IMG/VR virus record: IMGVR_UViG_3300031269_000004
Length of the DNA: 64,000 nucleotides
Origin: an uncultured virus (IMG/VR IMGVR_UViG_3300031269_000004)
Lineage: Duplodnaviria; Heunggongvirae; Uroviricota; Caudoviricetes
Direction: 5' to 3' (one strand)
Of this stretch, positions 1-9,790 are shown piece by piece. A program made the position numbers and the translations under genes. Numbering within the stretch: position 1 is the stretch's first letter; each line of letters begins with the position of its first letter. The notes under the pieces were generated by a model that was not told the origin of the DNA, made no database searches, and saw only the letters and a list, made by a program, of their open reading frames with translations.

Positions 1-146
1 TGATGACAATATAAAACCTACAATATCACATTACGTTGCTGGCATTGCAATGGAAGATTACACCGATGTAATTGTATTTTCTTTTAACACAGGTAGAATT
101 ACTAAGTAGCATTACTTACGACAACAAGCAAATAAAAATAATAACT

Positions 147-794
147 ATGAATGAGTTTGAAATGGATGAAAACAGTAAAAAGGTGGCACAAACAACAACG
201 CTTAGGCAGTTAGTTCTTGGCATAGACTTTAACTGTAAGAGGACCCAAAGCGAAGTTAATTGGGAAAGTATTGGTAGCGAACTAGGCATAGTATCACTAA
301 CTTGGAGTGAAGATACTAGGCTAAGGGCTTATTGGCTTAAAGTTTGGTACTGCACAGACAGTTGGGTTGGTACACGTGCATACTTTTTAGACGGTAAATT
401 AGTAGCAATATCAACACAAAGTGGCCGAAAGTCGAGCGAGCTGTTTAAGTTTACATCAGGACCCATAGTAGCTGAACTAATAGGATATCTAAAAAGTCTA
501 GAAGAAACAGTGGAGGTCTACGACACAATTACAGACTTGGACACAGTTATACCAAACATGTACAGACTACAATACAACGCCCAAATATTACACACAACTG
601 CAATGTATGGTGACATCAAGGTTAAAATTATTCGAAAGAGATACCCGTGGTCAAACGACAAGTCAAACGGCAAGTCAAACCATGACTATTTTCATACTGT
701 TGAAATTGAACTTAAACCAGGTCAGCGCAGGACTGTGCATGTCAACGAGTTGGCTTTTGAATACTGTAGCGTTACAAATGGACTTACTGTATAA
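147..794 (+). CDS. hypothetical phage protein
   Basis: Long ORF; ATG at 147 after an A-rich stretch preferred over the TTG at 72; no recognisable motif. Confidence 0.7.
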   Translation: MNEFEMDENSKKVAQTTTLRQLVLGIDFNCKRTQSEVNWESIGSELGIVSLTWSEDTRLRAYWLKVWYCTDSWVGTRAYFLDGKLVAISTQSGRKSSELFKFTSGPIVAELIGYLKSLEETVEVYDTITDLDTVIPNMYRLQYNAQILHTTAMYGDIKVKIIRKRYPWSNDKSNGKSNHDYFHTVEIELKPGQRRTVHVNELAFEYCSVTNGLTV

Positions 795-854
795 GTTAAT
801 CATTGCAACTTGTTTATACATATTCTAATTAAAGCACCAAATAAATAGCAAAAC

Positions 855-1925
855 ATGCGTAAGTTTACTACTAAGATTAATGAATCTGAATCATCTATGA
901 CGTTTGACGATATGCTTTTAGAACTGCAAGGTTCGGGTTTTATTATTCAAGAACTAAAACCAGGCTTAGTATATGAAGCAACACGGTCTAGCTTAACGAT
1001 AAAGATTGAATGGGATGGTCAAAGAGAAGAAACAGTTAAGGTTCAATCTAGTCAAGAAGATATGACAACAGAATGGCACCAAATGTCAATTGACAATATC
1101 GTGCTTTACTTAGACGGTCTAGAGGATGACACTACAGACAACGAAACCATTTCAGAACAGGCAAAAGATCGGATAACGCTAAAACAGGGTGAAGTGTATC
1201 TAATTAGCAAAGGCTCAATAGAGGCATATCATACATACATTGGATTCCGCAAAGACATGCACGAATTTGATAATTCTGGCACAGTCATCAAGCTTAGACC
1301 AGAAGAAATAACACCAGCAACAGTTATATTAGAGCACAGAACGGTTGCTGCATTCTTGTCTGAGCAAGGTTATAGCCATATGCAAACTTCTAGTATGACA
1401 ACAAACAACAAACATAAAAATATGAAATCATTATCACAAAGACTAAATGAAAGTCTAGGTTCTGCAAACTCTTCGTTTATGCTTAAACGAAAGGCAACAG
1501 TACAAGAAATTATTGAACTAGCAGGTAGCTTTACTAATGATGACATTTCCAACATTGCAAAAGAAACTGAGGACCCGATGGAGGCTGCACAGCGTGTACT
1601 TGCTTGGTTAGACAACCAGCAGTGTCTGGCTTTTGGTCAAATGCTAAAGTCATTCCGATTTGACAATGTTAGAGACATGGTTGGTGTTAGAGCAACAGGA
1701 AAAGTTGCACTACTGCTTGAAGGCTTAAATGAAGCAATGACTATTAACATTAAAAAGTTAACGTCAATAGCAAAAGAGGCTGGTGAAACAAATCCAAAAA
1801 GTAAGAAAGAACTAAACGGTCTTGCAATTAAATACGGTAACAAGGTGCCAGCAACTGAAGTTATAAAAATACTAAAAAGTTACGACATGTCTGAACTTAT
1901 GGCGTCCGTTAATGAAAACAAATAA
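855..1925 (+). CDS. putative internal head protein with CTS-like leader; in-frame second leader at 1422
   Basis: N-terminus MRKFTTKINESE; internal MKSLSQRLNES; TATACATA upstream (~815). Confidence 0.6.
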   Translation: MRKFTTKINESESSMTFDDMLLELQGSGFIIQELKPGLVYEATRSSLTIKIEWDGQREETVKVQSSQEDMTTEWHQMSIDNIVLYLDGLEDDTTDNETISEQAKDRITLKQGEVYLISKGSIEAYHTYIGFRKDMHEFDNSGTVIKLRPEEITPATVILEHRTVAAFLSEQGYSHMQTSSMTTNNKHKNMKSLSQRLNESLGSANSSFMLKRKATVQEIIELAGSFTNDDISNIAKETEDPMEAAQRVLAWLDNQQCLAFGQMLKSFRFDNVRDMVGVRATGKVALLLEGLNEAMTINIKKLTSIAKEAGETNPKSKKELNGLAIKYGNKVPATEVIKILKSYDMSELMASVNENK

Positions 1926-2763
1926 AAAGACAATGACTGAATTACAGAAAAAGATTAAGTCAACGAGGATTGGCGACGTCAGAAGAAACATTACACAGTT
2001 AGAAGAACTGCTAAGGCTATTTGCTTTAGAATTTTCAAACACTGAGAGCAAGCAATCTGGCGCAGCTGGTGGTTGGTCTGGCACGATGCGATCTTCGCAA
2101 TCTGGTCAGGCAATATCTATATTGACTAACGGGGTCCATCGAGGTGGCCAGCATAGTTTTGATAGATCATATCTAATTCAAATTAAAGTCGGCGGTGCCT
2201 TACCATTCGAGCAGAAAAAGCTTGCTCTAGACTTAGCCAAACAAATATTGTCTAAATTTACTTTTATTACTGAATATGGTGATAGTAGTATAGAAGAAAC
2301 TAACGGCACAAATTGGTCTTCAGTAATGTTATTACCTGCCACAGATAGTGACGATACAAGCTACGCATGGAAAGGGGTTAATAAATTAAAGGAAATTAAA
2401 TCAGTAAACGAATTAACAAAAATGAAATCACTAAGAAATCACATCACGGAATCTTTTGTTAACGAAGCAAAAATCGCACCAAAAAAGACAACAGTTGACA
2501 AATTTTTCCTGTGGTACACTGGAGGAGAAAAAAATTGGGAAAAGCAAGGCAGCGATATAGAAACATCTATGACAATAGACGGCGAACACGCCGAAGATGA
2601 TGGCACCGAAGGTCTAAGTACAAAGCGTTTCTTATGGAAAAACCGCAATACCGCAATAGAAGTAGAAATTAACGATTTCGGTAACGTATACGATCACAGT
2701 TTTACTGTTGGCGGAAAAGAAATTTCAATTGACGCTACAAACGAATTCGACAAACTATTATAA
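1912..2763 (+). CDS. hypothetical protein containing an internal CTS-like leader at 2422
   Basis: ORF with in-frame MKSLRNHITESFVNE. Confidence 0.6.
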   Translation: MKTNKKTMTELQKKIKSTRIGDVRRNITQLEELLRLFALEFSNTESKQSGAAGGWSGTMRSSQSGQAISILTNGVHRGGQHSFDRSYLIQIKVGGALPFEQKKLALDLAKQILSKFTFITEYGDSSIEETNGTNWSSVMLLPATDSDDTSYAWKGVNKLKEIKSVNELTKMKSLRNHITESFVNEAKIAPKKTTVDKFFLWYTGGEKNWEKQGSDIETSMTIDGEHAEDDGTEGLSTKRFLWKNRNTAIEVEINDFGNVYDHSFTVGGKEISIDATNEFDKLL

Positions 2764-2835
2764 CAACTTGTTATAGCATTGATTTTTTAAACAAGTATAC
2801 ATATATATATCAATAACTTAAATTAAAGTAAAACA

Positions 2836-3123
2836 ATGAAATCACTAAGCAATCATATTAACGAATCAATGAGCGATACCAAATCGTTTGACTCTGAAAA
2901 CATAAACGAATCTGCAATTATGGATGTCGTGTCTACAATGACAACAAAAGAATTAGAAATGCTTGTCGGGGCAATAGGGTCAATAGGTCTTATCGCCAGC
3001 GCTACAGCAATGACTAAATTAGTTAGTTTCGTAAAAAAGAAAGGTGGTGCAACATCAAAAACTGTACTAGGAGCAATAGAAAAACTAGGTTTGGCTGCCG
3101 GCTCTGCTTCACAAATCAAATAA
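2836..3123 (+). CDS. putative internal head protein (CTS-like leader, hydrophobic segment)
   Basis: MKSLSNHINES; TATACATA upstream at ~2797. Confidence 0.65.
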   Translation: MKSLSNHINESMSDTKSFDSENINESAIMDVVSTMTTKELEMLVGAIGSIGLIASATAMTKLVSFVKKKGGATSKTVLGAIEKLGLAAGSASQIK

Positions 3124-3136
3124 AACACAAAAACTC

Positions 3137-4798
3137 ATGAAATCACTATCACAAAAAATAAATGAAGCACTTCTTAACGAAGAAAAAAAGATCAACAGCA
3201 AAGAAGAATTTAAAGAATATGTTGACAAAGTATTGAAAAAAGCACATGGTGATGACTTTGATCAGGACATAGCAACGAAACTAATTGACGACTTGTCTGG
3301 TGATGTTGAAAACGATGACTGGTCTGAAGCAATTGGTCGATTCCAGTCAGGCTTAGGTGAAAGTGTTGATCCGATGAACGAATCAGTACAAGATAAGATG
3401 GTTAAGGCAATGATTAAGGACAACAAAAACTTTAAGTGGCTTAATACAGAATTAGGTAAAGATTTTAGCATGTCAGAACTTAAAGCTTCATTAGAAAAAG
3501 AAGGCTATAGTTCAGAGTACGAGAAATACGCAAAAAAGTACAATGTTTCTGAAAGTGCAAATGCAATGACAATAAAAGAAGTAATTAATATTGCAGCTCA
3601 ATACTCTTCTGAAGATATGGACGACGTAGCAGATGCCGGCATACCATTGCAGGATGCAATCGAAATTATGGCTGAAAGAATGGCAAGGAGTGAAGCCGCA
3701 ATGTTTCGTAAAGAAATGTCAAAGTATACAATCACTGAAGATGCAGAAGAAGTATATGCACTAGACAATGCAGCTTTCGTTAAGGACCTTGGCATTGAAA
3801 CTATTGGCTCAGCAGAGTATGACAGACTAATACAAATAGGAACTAAAAAGTTTGGCCCACTTTCAGTAAAGGCTGCAATAGCAACAATTACTGATGAGGC
3901 AGACATTGTATATGAAAACTTAACGACTGGTGATAGAGTACAAACCAATATGGGGCTTGGTACTGTTAATGCAATTGTTAATGGCACTGATATTGAAGTT
4001 ACGCTTGATGATGCAGTCGATGGTGCAGGTGAAAAGGTTGCAACGTTTGACATATCAGAACTAGAAGTATATGCTGAATCACTGTATGAATCACTGTCAA
4101 ACAGAGAAAAAACTTTAGCAACAAGGGCTGCAACGTTATTCTATGCAATCAGTGAGTCATCAAACAAATTTGCAGCGTATACTGCAAACGACCTAATAGT
4201 CAAATATGCGCATGACGATGGTGATGAGGTTGAAATGATGATTGGTCGTCAATTGTCAGAGGGCAACATGACAATGTTTGAACTAACAAAGCTAGTCGAA
4301 GAACTAGTAAAACTTGCCAGTAAGTACAGTATCAACATTTCTGAAAACTTAACAGTTGGTGATAGAGTTGAAACCAATATGGGTCTTGGTACGGTTAATG
4401 CAATTGTTAATGGCACTGATATTGAAGTTGCACTAGATGATGCAGTTGATGGTGCAGGTGAAAAGGTTGCCATGTTTGACCTGGACGACATAACAATGAT
4501 TAACGAAAGTTTTTCATCAACAGATGTTGTATTCTTAGCAGGCAAATATTGCCCGCATGTCGATTTTAGCTTTCTCTTAAATAATCCACTGCCGGTAGAC
4601 GAAATGATTACAAAGGCTGCAGAATGTATGGATGAAAAAGACGCTAAGCTATTCAAAAATGTAGCAAATAAAAGATTTACAGGTAAAGGCAACCGTGGTA
4701 AAGATAATGCTAAAGCGAAATTTGCTCATAAGTTAATGGACAGTCGTGACCTTTCCGAATCTGCAAGGCGTTTAAATAGAGGCAATATAATAAATTAA
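3137..4798 (+). CDS. putative internal head polyprotein-like protein
   Basis: MKSLSQKINE leader; many hydrophobic-x-E(S/A/N) sites; duplicated ~46-aa module. Confidence 0.65.
   Translation: MKSLSQKINEALLNEEKKINSKEEFKEYVDKVLKKAHGDDFDQDIATKLIDDLSGDVENDDWSEAIGRFQSGLGESVDPMNESVQDKMVKAMIKDNKNFKWLNTELGKDFSMSELKASLEKEGYSSEYEKYAKKYNVSESANAMTIKEVINIAAQYSSEDMDDVADAGIPLQDAIEIMAERMARSEAAMFRKEMSKYTITEDAEEVYALDNAAFVKDLGIETIGSAEYDRLIQIGTKKFGPLSVKAAIATITDEADIVYENLTTGDRVQTNMGLGTVNAIVNGTDIEVTLDDAVDGAGEKVATFDISELEVYAESLYESLSNREKTLATRAATLFYAISESSNKFAAYTANDLIVKYAHDDGDEVEMMIGRQLSEGNMTMFELTKLVEELVKLASKYSINISENLTVGDRVETNMGLGTVNAIVNGTDIEVALDDAVDGAGEKVAMFDLDDITMINESFSSTDVVFLAGKYCPHVDFSFLLNNPLPVDEMITKAAECMDEKDAKLFKNVANKRFTGKGNRGKDNAKAKFAHKLMDSRDLSESARRLNRGNIIN
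3914..4480 (+). repeat. intragenic direct repeat (~138 bp, 3914-4051 and 4343-4480)
   Basis: ENLTxGDRVxTNMGLGTVNAIVNGTDIEVxLDDAVDGAGEKVAxFD twice, near-identical DNA. Confidence 0.9.
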
Positions 4799-4818
4799 TA
4801 CAAACACTCGACAAAAAT

Positions 4819-5043
4819 ATGAACACTTTACAATCAAGACTAAATGAAAGCTTCACGACAAATGAAGGTATCAGCAACACAAAAAACAAAATGGAACCCG
4901 CAGATCGTAAGGCCCTGGTTGGCATGTCAACCATTGAGGCTAAAGAATATTTAGAATTTCAAGGCTATGCACCTGCTTTTGTGAACAAGACGCTAATGAA
5001 AATGGTTAATGAAGGTAGTGTTAATATGATGCAAATGGACTAG
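4819..5043 (+). CDS. small putative internal head protein
   Basis: MNTLQSRLNESF leader; body similar to the C-terminus of the next ORF. Confidence 0.65.
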   Translation: MNTLQSRLNESFTTNEGISNTKNKMEPADRKALVGMSTIEAKEYLEFQGYAPAFVNKTLMKMVNEGSVNMMQMD

Positions 5044-5096
5044 TCTTTCTTAAAAAGTAGGGCCTAAATAATTAACACAAACATAAAACATAAAAA

Positions 5097-6197
5097 ATGA
5101 AATCATTAAAATCACTTATTAACGAAAGCTTTGTAATAAACGAAGCTTTCAGGTCTAAAATTATAAATGATCTTTTTAGTGCAAACCTAAAAAACAAGGA
5201 AATTCTTAAGCTAACATTTAATCAAAACCTAAATGCGCCTCTTAGTGAAATTCGTGACAGTGACAATAGCCTACCTGCTAACGCAGAAGATGCAATTAAA
5301 AGCTTAGATTCAATAAACAACTCTAAAGAAGTTAAATTCATAGTCTTAACTAACCCAAAGACTAATGAAATTATTGCAATCGTTAGAGGCCAACAAAAAG
5401 ATGGCAAAAAACTAATCAAGTTAATCTATTCAACTAAAAAGTCTAAGAAGTCAGACGAAGAAAGATTAAGAGGTGCAATGGCTAACAAAAAAGCAGTTAA
5501 GGGTTACGCGCTGACAGCAGACGCAAAGTATGTAGAAGCATTCGACGAAAAGAAAAAGATACAACGTGCTAGCTATATGTACGACGATCCACTAAAAGTA
5601 GCAAAAAGAAGAAGAGATTATAAAATAAATAGCAAGAAAACTGTACATAGTGAAAGAAACGCTGAACTTCAGGCAGGAAGCCACCCAGATATGTCAACTT
5701 CTGGCTGGTACTTTCCACCCTTTAGGGCTACATACCAAAAGCACAAACTTTTCATGAATCTGTCTAAGGATCGAGAAGGTGATATTGAGTTATCGATTGA
5801 AGTTGGTGAACCTGGTACTGGTTTTTATGCTGGTGCATTTAATTTTGTATTAGATTACAAAATGAAAATGCAAGAAATGACACAAAGCCCTGAAGAATCT
5901 AACATAGACGGCTTTGGACTTAACGAGTTCTTGAACAAGATCATAGCAAGAAAAGGTTATTGGTTTGGTACAGACACTGCAGCTGACCCCGAAGAACTTG
6001 CTAGTGTAAACGTAGACAATTCTGGTGAACTTGCTAGAATTAATAAACTTAAAAACAACACTAAAACCGAAATGGATCCTGCAGATTTTGGTGCCCTAAT
6101 GGGAATGGCGTCTAAAGAAGAAGCACAGTCATACCTAGACTCAAAAGGATATGCCCCTAGTTTTATTGAGACTACACTGTCTAAGATGAAATTTTAA
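5097..6197 (+). CDS. putative internal head protein
   Basis: MKSLKSLINESFVINE leader. Confidence 0.65.
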   Translation: MKSLKSLINESFVINEAFRSKIINDLFSANLKNKEILKLTFNQNLNAPLSEIRDSDNSLPANAEDAIKSLDSINNSKEVKFIVLTNPKTNEIIAIVRGQQKDGKKLIKLIYSTKKSKKSDEERLRGAMANKKAVKGYALTADAKYVEAFDEKKKIQRASYMYDDPLKVAKRRRDYKINSKKTVHSERNAELQAGSHPDMSTSGWYFPPFRATYQKHKLFMNLSKDREGDIELSIEVGEPGTGFYAGAFNFVLDYKMKMQEMTQSPEESNIDGFGLNEFLNKIIARKGYWFGTDTAADPEELASVNVDNSGELARINKLKNNTKTEMDPADFGALMGMASKEEAQSYLDSKGYAPSFIETTLSKMKF

Positions 6198-6215
6198 GTT
6201 ATAAAAAGTAAAATT

Positions 6216-6241
6216 GCCTGCAATAAGTTGCAGGCTTTTTT
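6216..6241 (+). terminator. intrinsic terminator
   Basis: GCCTGCAA-TAAG-TTGCAGGC followed by T-run. Confidence 0.85.
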
Positions 6242-6254
6242 GTGTCTAAAATGT

Positions 6255-6313
6255 AAAATTTAACACTTTAAATTGTCATGCAACAACTAATTGTTATATA
6301 TTTATATAACAAT
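6255..6313 (+). promoter_or_regulatory. repeated putative early promoter, copy 1
   Basis: AAAATTTAACACTTTAAATTGTCA...ACTAATTGTTATATATTTATATAAC, repeated 9x upstream of genes. Confidence 0.75.
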
Positions 6314-6331
6314 AAAAAACTAATACTAATT

Positions 6332-6586
6332 ATGATCACTAAAACAATAATTGAAACCAACGAATCAGGACAGATTATTTATTCAGATGGCAAACCAAAA
6401 TTTAGGACACAAAAACAAACGGCTAATCAATTCGCTAAAGAGAAACTATTAAGTTCTATGTCCTCTGCTTTTTTTTGGTCTGAAGATCATGACGCAACAG
6501 ATGGTATGACGGATAAAGAAATCATTGCAATTAATGAACAACTAGAAAAAAGATATAATTCAGTACGAAAGTACTTAGGCTTATAA
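6332..6586 (+). CDS. hypothetical early protein
   Basis: ATG downstream of promoter repeat (MITKTIIE...). Confidence 0.7.
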   Translation: MITKTIIETNESGQIIYSDGKPKFRTQKQTANQFAKEKLLSSMSSAFFWSEDHDATDGMTDKEIIAINEQLEKRYNSVRKYLGL

Positions 6587-6626
6587 TATCTTTTTTGACA
6601 ATTTAAAGTGTAACAATTTTCTTTTG

Positions 6627-6683
6627 AAAATTTAACACTTTAAATTGTCATATAACCACTAATTGTTATATATTTATATAACA
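6627..6683 (+). promoter_or_regulatory. repeated putative early promoter, copy 2
   Basis: Same repeat. Confidence 0.75.
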
Positions 6684-6699
6684 AAGAAAAACACTTATC

Positions 6700-6879
6700 A
6701 TGACAATCAGCAACTTAAATAAAAAATTCGATTCTTTAAATAAAAAATATGTAAAACTTGATAAAACTTGGTCAAAAGATATGACTGATTTTGATGAGAT
6801 GGATTTATCTGAAAAATTAGAAAACATACAAATAGAAATGAGTAGAGTAGCTGCAAAAATAGAAGAATTAGAAAACTAA
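6700..6879 (+). CDS. 59-aa coiled-coil-like protein (absent from ORF track)
   Basis: MTISNLNKKFDSLNKK...KIEELEN directly after promoter copy 2. Confidence 0.7.
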   Translation: MTISNLNKKFDSLNKKYVKLDKTWSKDMTDFDEMDLSEKLENIQIEMSRVAAKIEELEN

Positions 6880-6895
6880 AAACAATATCAAGAGG

Positions 6896-7132
6896 ATGAA
6901 TATAAAAACAAGAGGTTACCTACCTAAAGACGTTGAACGCTCTAATTTATATGGAATTAGATTAGAGCATAAATTAGATTTAAACAATGCACAAATTTAT
7001 AACGAGAATATTCATAGTAAACATTCATTTATTTATGGAACTTTTTACAAAGAAACTAATATTATACAGATAGAATTTAATGTTAAAAAGTTAATAAAAT
7101 TTGTGGTTAAAGAATTTATACTAAAACTATGA
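6896..7132 (+). CDS. hypothetical protein
   Basis: ORF in early island. Confidence 0.5.
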   Translation: MNIKTRGYLPKDVERSNLYGIRLEHKLDLNNAQIYNENIHSKHSFIYGTFYKETNIIQIEFNVKKLIKFVVKEFILKL

Positions 7133-7357
7133 ACGAATTGAAATTTAGTTGCAGTATTTCTACAATCTCAGCGACTTTGACAAAGAAGAGCTTGACGAGT
7201 ATATTGAAGATGTTAAATTTGAAACACCTTTATTTGATTCATTTACTAAAAACTTATATAACAATGGATAATTTTAGCAAACGTTTATTTTATTGCGTTT
7301 TTACGCAGGTTTTTCATTAAAACATACAATACCCAAGGAGGTGATATACAATAAATT

Positions 7358-7825
7358 ATGAGTAAACAATTATATTACAAAAATACAGAAAGTAGCAATG
7401 AATTATACACGTTGTTATGTGCAGGCTTTCCAGCAGTTGGCAAAAGTTACATTTACAACCATTCTAAACTAAAAGTTTTAGATAGTGATAGTAGTAAGTT
7501 CGATAAAGCCTTTTTTCCTAAAAATTACATAGACCATATTAAGGCAAATTTGGGTAAAGTAGACATTATATTAATAAGTAGCCACGAAGTTGTAAGAGAT
7601 GCACTTGTTAAAGAAAATATGCACTTTACTCTTGTTTACCCAAATATTGACTTGAAGCAAGAATTTATAGAAAGGTATAAACAACGAGGAAGTCCAAAAA
7701 GCTTTATTAAACTGGTGAGTGATAACTGGACTGAATGGATAGAGCAATTGCAAAATCAGAATGGTTGTAAAAAGATTGAATTAAGCACAGGACAATATTT
7801 AAAGGACGTTATAGCTTGCACATAA
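7358..7825 (+). CDS. small P-loop kinase/NTPase-like protein
   Basis: Walker A AGFPAVGKS, DSDSS, RxxxRG lid-like motif. Confidence 0.7.
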   Translation: MSKQLYYKNTESSNELYTLLCAGFPAVGKSYIYNHSKLKVLDSDSSKFDKAFFPKNYIDHIKANLGKVDIILISSHEVVRDALVKENMHFTLVYPNIDLKQEFIERYKQRGSPKSFIKLVSDNWTEWIEQLQNQNGCKKIELSTGQYLKDVIACT

Positions 7826-7945
7826 CGTGTTGTATAAGATTTGAAGCGTATAAATAGAACGTTTGCCTGACGTCGACAACACGATAATATGTAAACAATA
7901 ACTATTTATAAAGCAGTAACACCGCTTTTAATTTTATACGGTGTT
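7403..7945. mobile_element. attC-like cassette with hairpin linker
   Basis: GTTATGTGCAGGCT (7414-7427) inverted to AGCTTGCACATAAC (7813-7826); linker arms 7832-7848/7923-7939. Confidence 0.5.
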
Positions 7946-8003
7946 ATTTTTAGTTTTCTTTTCGAGCGATGGCAAATTGCGTAGCAAAACCTAACTAAAT
8001 GTT

Positions 8004-8062
8004 AAAATTTAACACTTTAAATTGTCATGTAACAACTAATTGTTATATATTTATATAACAAT
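8004..8062 (+). promoter_or_regulatory. repeated putative early promoter, copy 3
   Basis: Same repeat. Confidence 0.75.
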
Positions 8063-8081
8063 AAAAAAACTAATACTAATT

Positions 8082-8852
8082 ATGGCAACGATCTACAACG
8101 ACATACTGCAACATATCAACCCTCAATTAGAAGAAATTGTTGCATACAACAAAAAAATAGCTGAAGATAAAGGGTTAAAGTTTACTGCATTTGAAGCTAA
8201 ATGGCTAAAACTTATGGTTTCAGCAAAACTAACTAAATCAGTTGGTAAATGGCTTAATGAATCTGACCAATTAGTTACAATAGATACCCAAATTGACAAA
8301 GGTTGTAACATAACCATCAATTCAGTTTGTAAAAGAGGCCATAATGAATTCACATTTAGCACCGAAGTTATTTATGCAGGTGGCTACAACATACAATGTT
8401 TACATTATCGTTACATAACCAAATCAAACTTACCAAAAAATTCAAACAACACACCAAAATTGCTTTTAGAATTAAGGCTTAAACTAAAAAGTCTAACAAA
8501 GTCTAAATCTTTAGAAGTTGATATTGAAATGTATGAAAAAAGAATAGTGAAAACTCAAGCTGAACTTCATATATTAAACGAAACGTCTAATACTGAAGCA
8601 ATAGAAAGGTCACCACGAGCAAAGTATAGATACAGTTCCTTATCTGACATTAATCCTGATAGCCACAACGCTACTATTATTACAACAGAACAAAAACTAA
8701 CTGACTTTAATACAGAAATCGAAGAATCCATTCTTGAATCACTACACAAAAAAAGAATAGCAACACTAAGAGACATTGAAAGGTTAATCAAGTCTAAGAA
8801 AAAACTAACAATTAAGTTAGAAAAACTAGAGGCAAAGTTACAAACTCTGTAA
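8082..8852 (+). CDS. hypothetical early protein, coiled-coil C-terminus
   Basis: ATG after promoter (MATIYND...). Confidence 0.75.
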   Translation: MATIYNDILQHINPQLEEIVAYNKKIAEDKGLKFTAFEAKWLKLMVSAKLTKSVGKWLNESDQLVTIDTQIDKGCNITINSVCKRGHNEFTFSTEVIYAGGYNIQCLHYRYITKSNLPKNSNNTPKLLLELRLKLKSLTKSKSLEVDIEMYEKRIVKTQAELHILNETSNTEAIERSPRAKYRYSSLSDINPDSHNATIITTEQKLTDFNTEIEESILESLHKKRIATLRDIERLIKSKKKLTIKLEKLEAKLQTL

Positions 8853-8899
8853 CAGCCGTAACAACTTCTTGAAATTTTATGCAAAGTAACAACTTCTTG

Positions 8900-8958
8900 A
8901 AAATTTAACACTTAGAGTTGTCATTTATGCACTAATTGTTATATATTTATATAACAAT
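8900..8958 (+). promoter_or_regulatory. repeated putative early promoter, copy 4
   Basis: Same repeat. Confidence 0.75.
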
Positions 8959-8978
8959 AAAAAACTAATACATCTCTT

Positions 8979-9341
8979 ATGACAACTATCGAAAGACTAC
9001 AAAAAGACTTAGAAATAGCAAAGCTTACCCTTAAGGTTGCTCAGGCCTGCAAAGTTATCATATTGGCACACAAGGAAAGGTCAACTTATACATTTAAGAA
9101 TGAATTACGAAAAGACACAACAACTTCATTATTTGAAGAGGAACTTATTAGTTGTAACAACATTAACATTACTACTGAAACGGTTAAGTCATTCGAATCC
9201 AGCTACCTTTTAAATTTCGACACAAGGTATAAAAAGACTAAAGGCATTAAAGCTGCAATAATGACATTCGAAAAGAACGAAAATATTGCACTGGATTTAT
9301 TATTTAAACTGATATCAGAAAATCAAATCATTAATAATTAG
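8979..9341 (+). CDS. hypothetical early protein
   Basis: ORF after promoter copy 4. Confidence 0.7.
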   Translation: MTTIERLQKDLEIAKLTLKVAQACKVIILAHKERSTYTFKNELRKDTTTSLFEEELISCNNINITTETVKSFESSYLLNFDTRYKKTKGIKAAIMTFEKNENIALDLLFKLISENQIINN

Positions 9342-9508
9342 AAACATGACAACACATAAAAAGGCACAATGGGGGATTATAGCAATAGCAATAGCATTTT
9401 GCATCGTTTCATATAGTCGAATCTTGTTCGGCTAGCATAACTACTAGAGGGTGGGGAAAAGTAGCCACTTTCCAAAAAAGTATACATATTACAAATAACC
9501 TTTAGACA

Positions 9509-9790
9509 ATGAATGACTTTTTCGTAAACATGGAGTTTGCTAGTAAAGACTCTATAGAACATAAAATGTTTGGCTATCTAGAATTTAAAGAATACAGCAA
9601 TTGCTTTGATGTTGGACAGTGCCAGGTTATGGACAGTCTAGTCACTATATACAGATGCAACATATACGATCACAGTTGCTGTACTATTGAGGACGATGTT
9701 TGGTTTTTCAAAAACATTGAAGAGACTTTTGACTGGTTAGCCTTGCATCTAAACTTGCCGAAAGGCGTTAACATTCTAGAAATAACATGA
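9509..9790 (+). CDS. hypothetical protein
   Basis: ORF overlapping next start (ATGA). Confidence 0.6.
   Translation: MNDFFVNMEFASKDSIEHKMFGYLEFKEYSNCFDVGQCQVMDSLVTIYRCNIYDHSCCTIEDDVWFFKNIEETFDWLALHLNLPKGVNILEIT

Noticed and set aside
6255..8958. Clustered repeats as a CRISPR array
   Set aside because: Separated by whole genes of variable length; no regular spacers or cas genes
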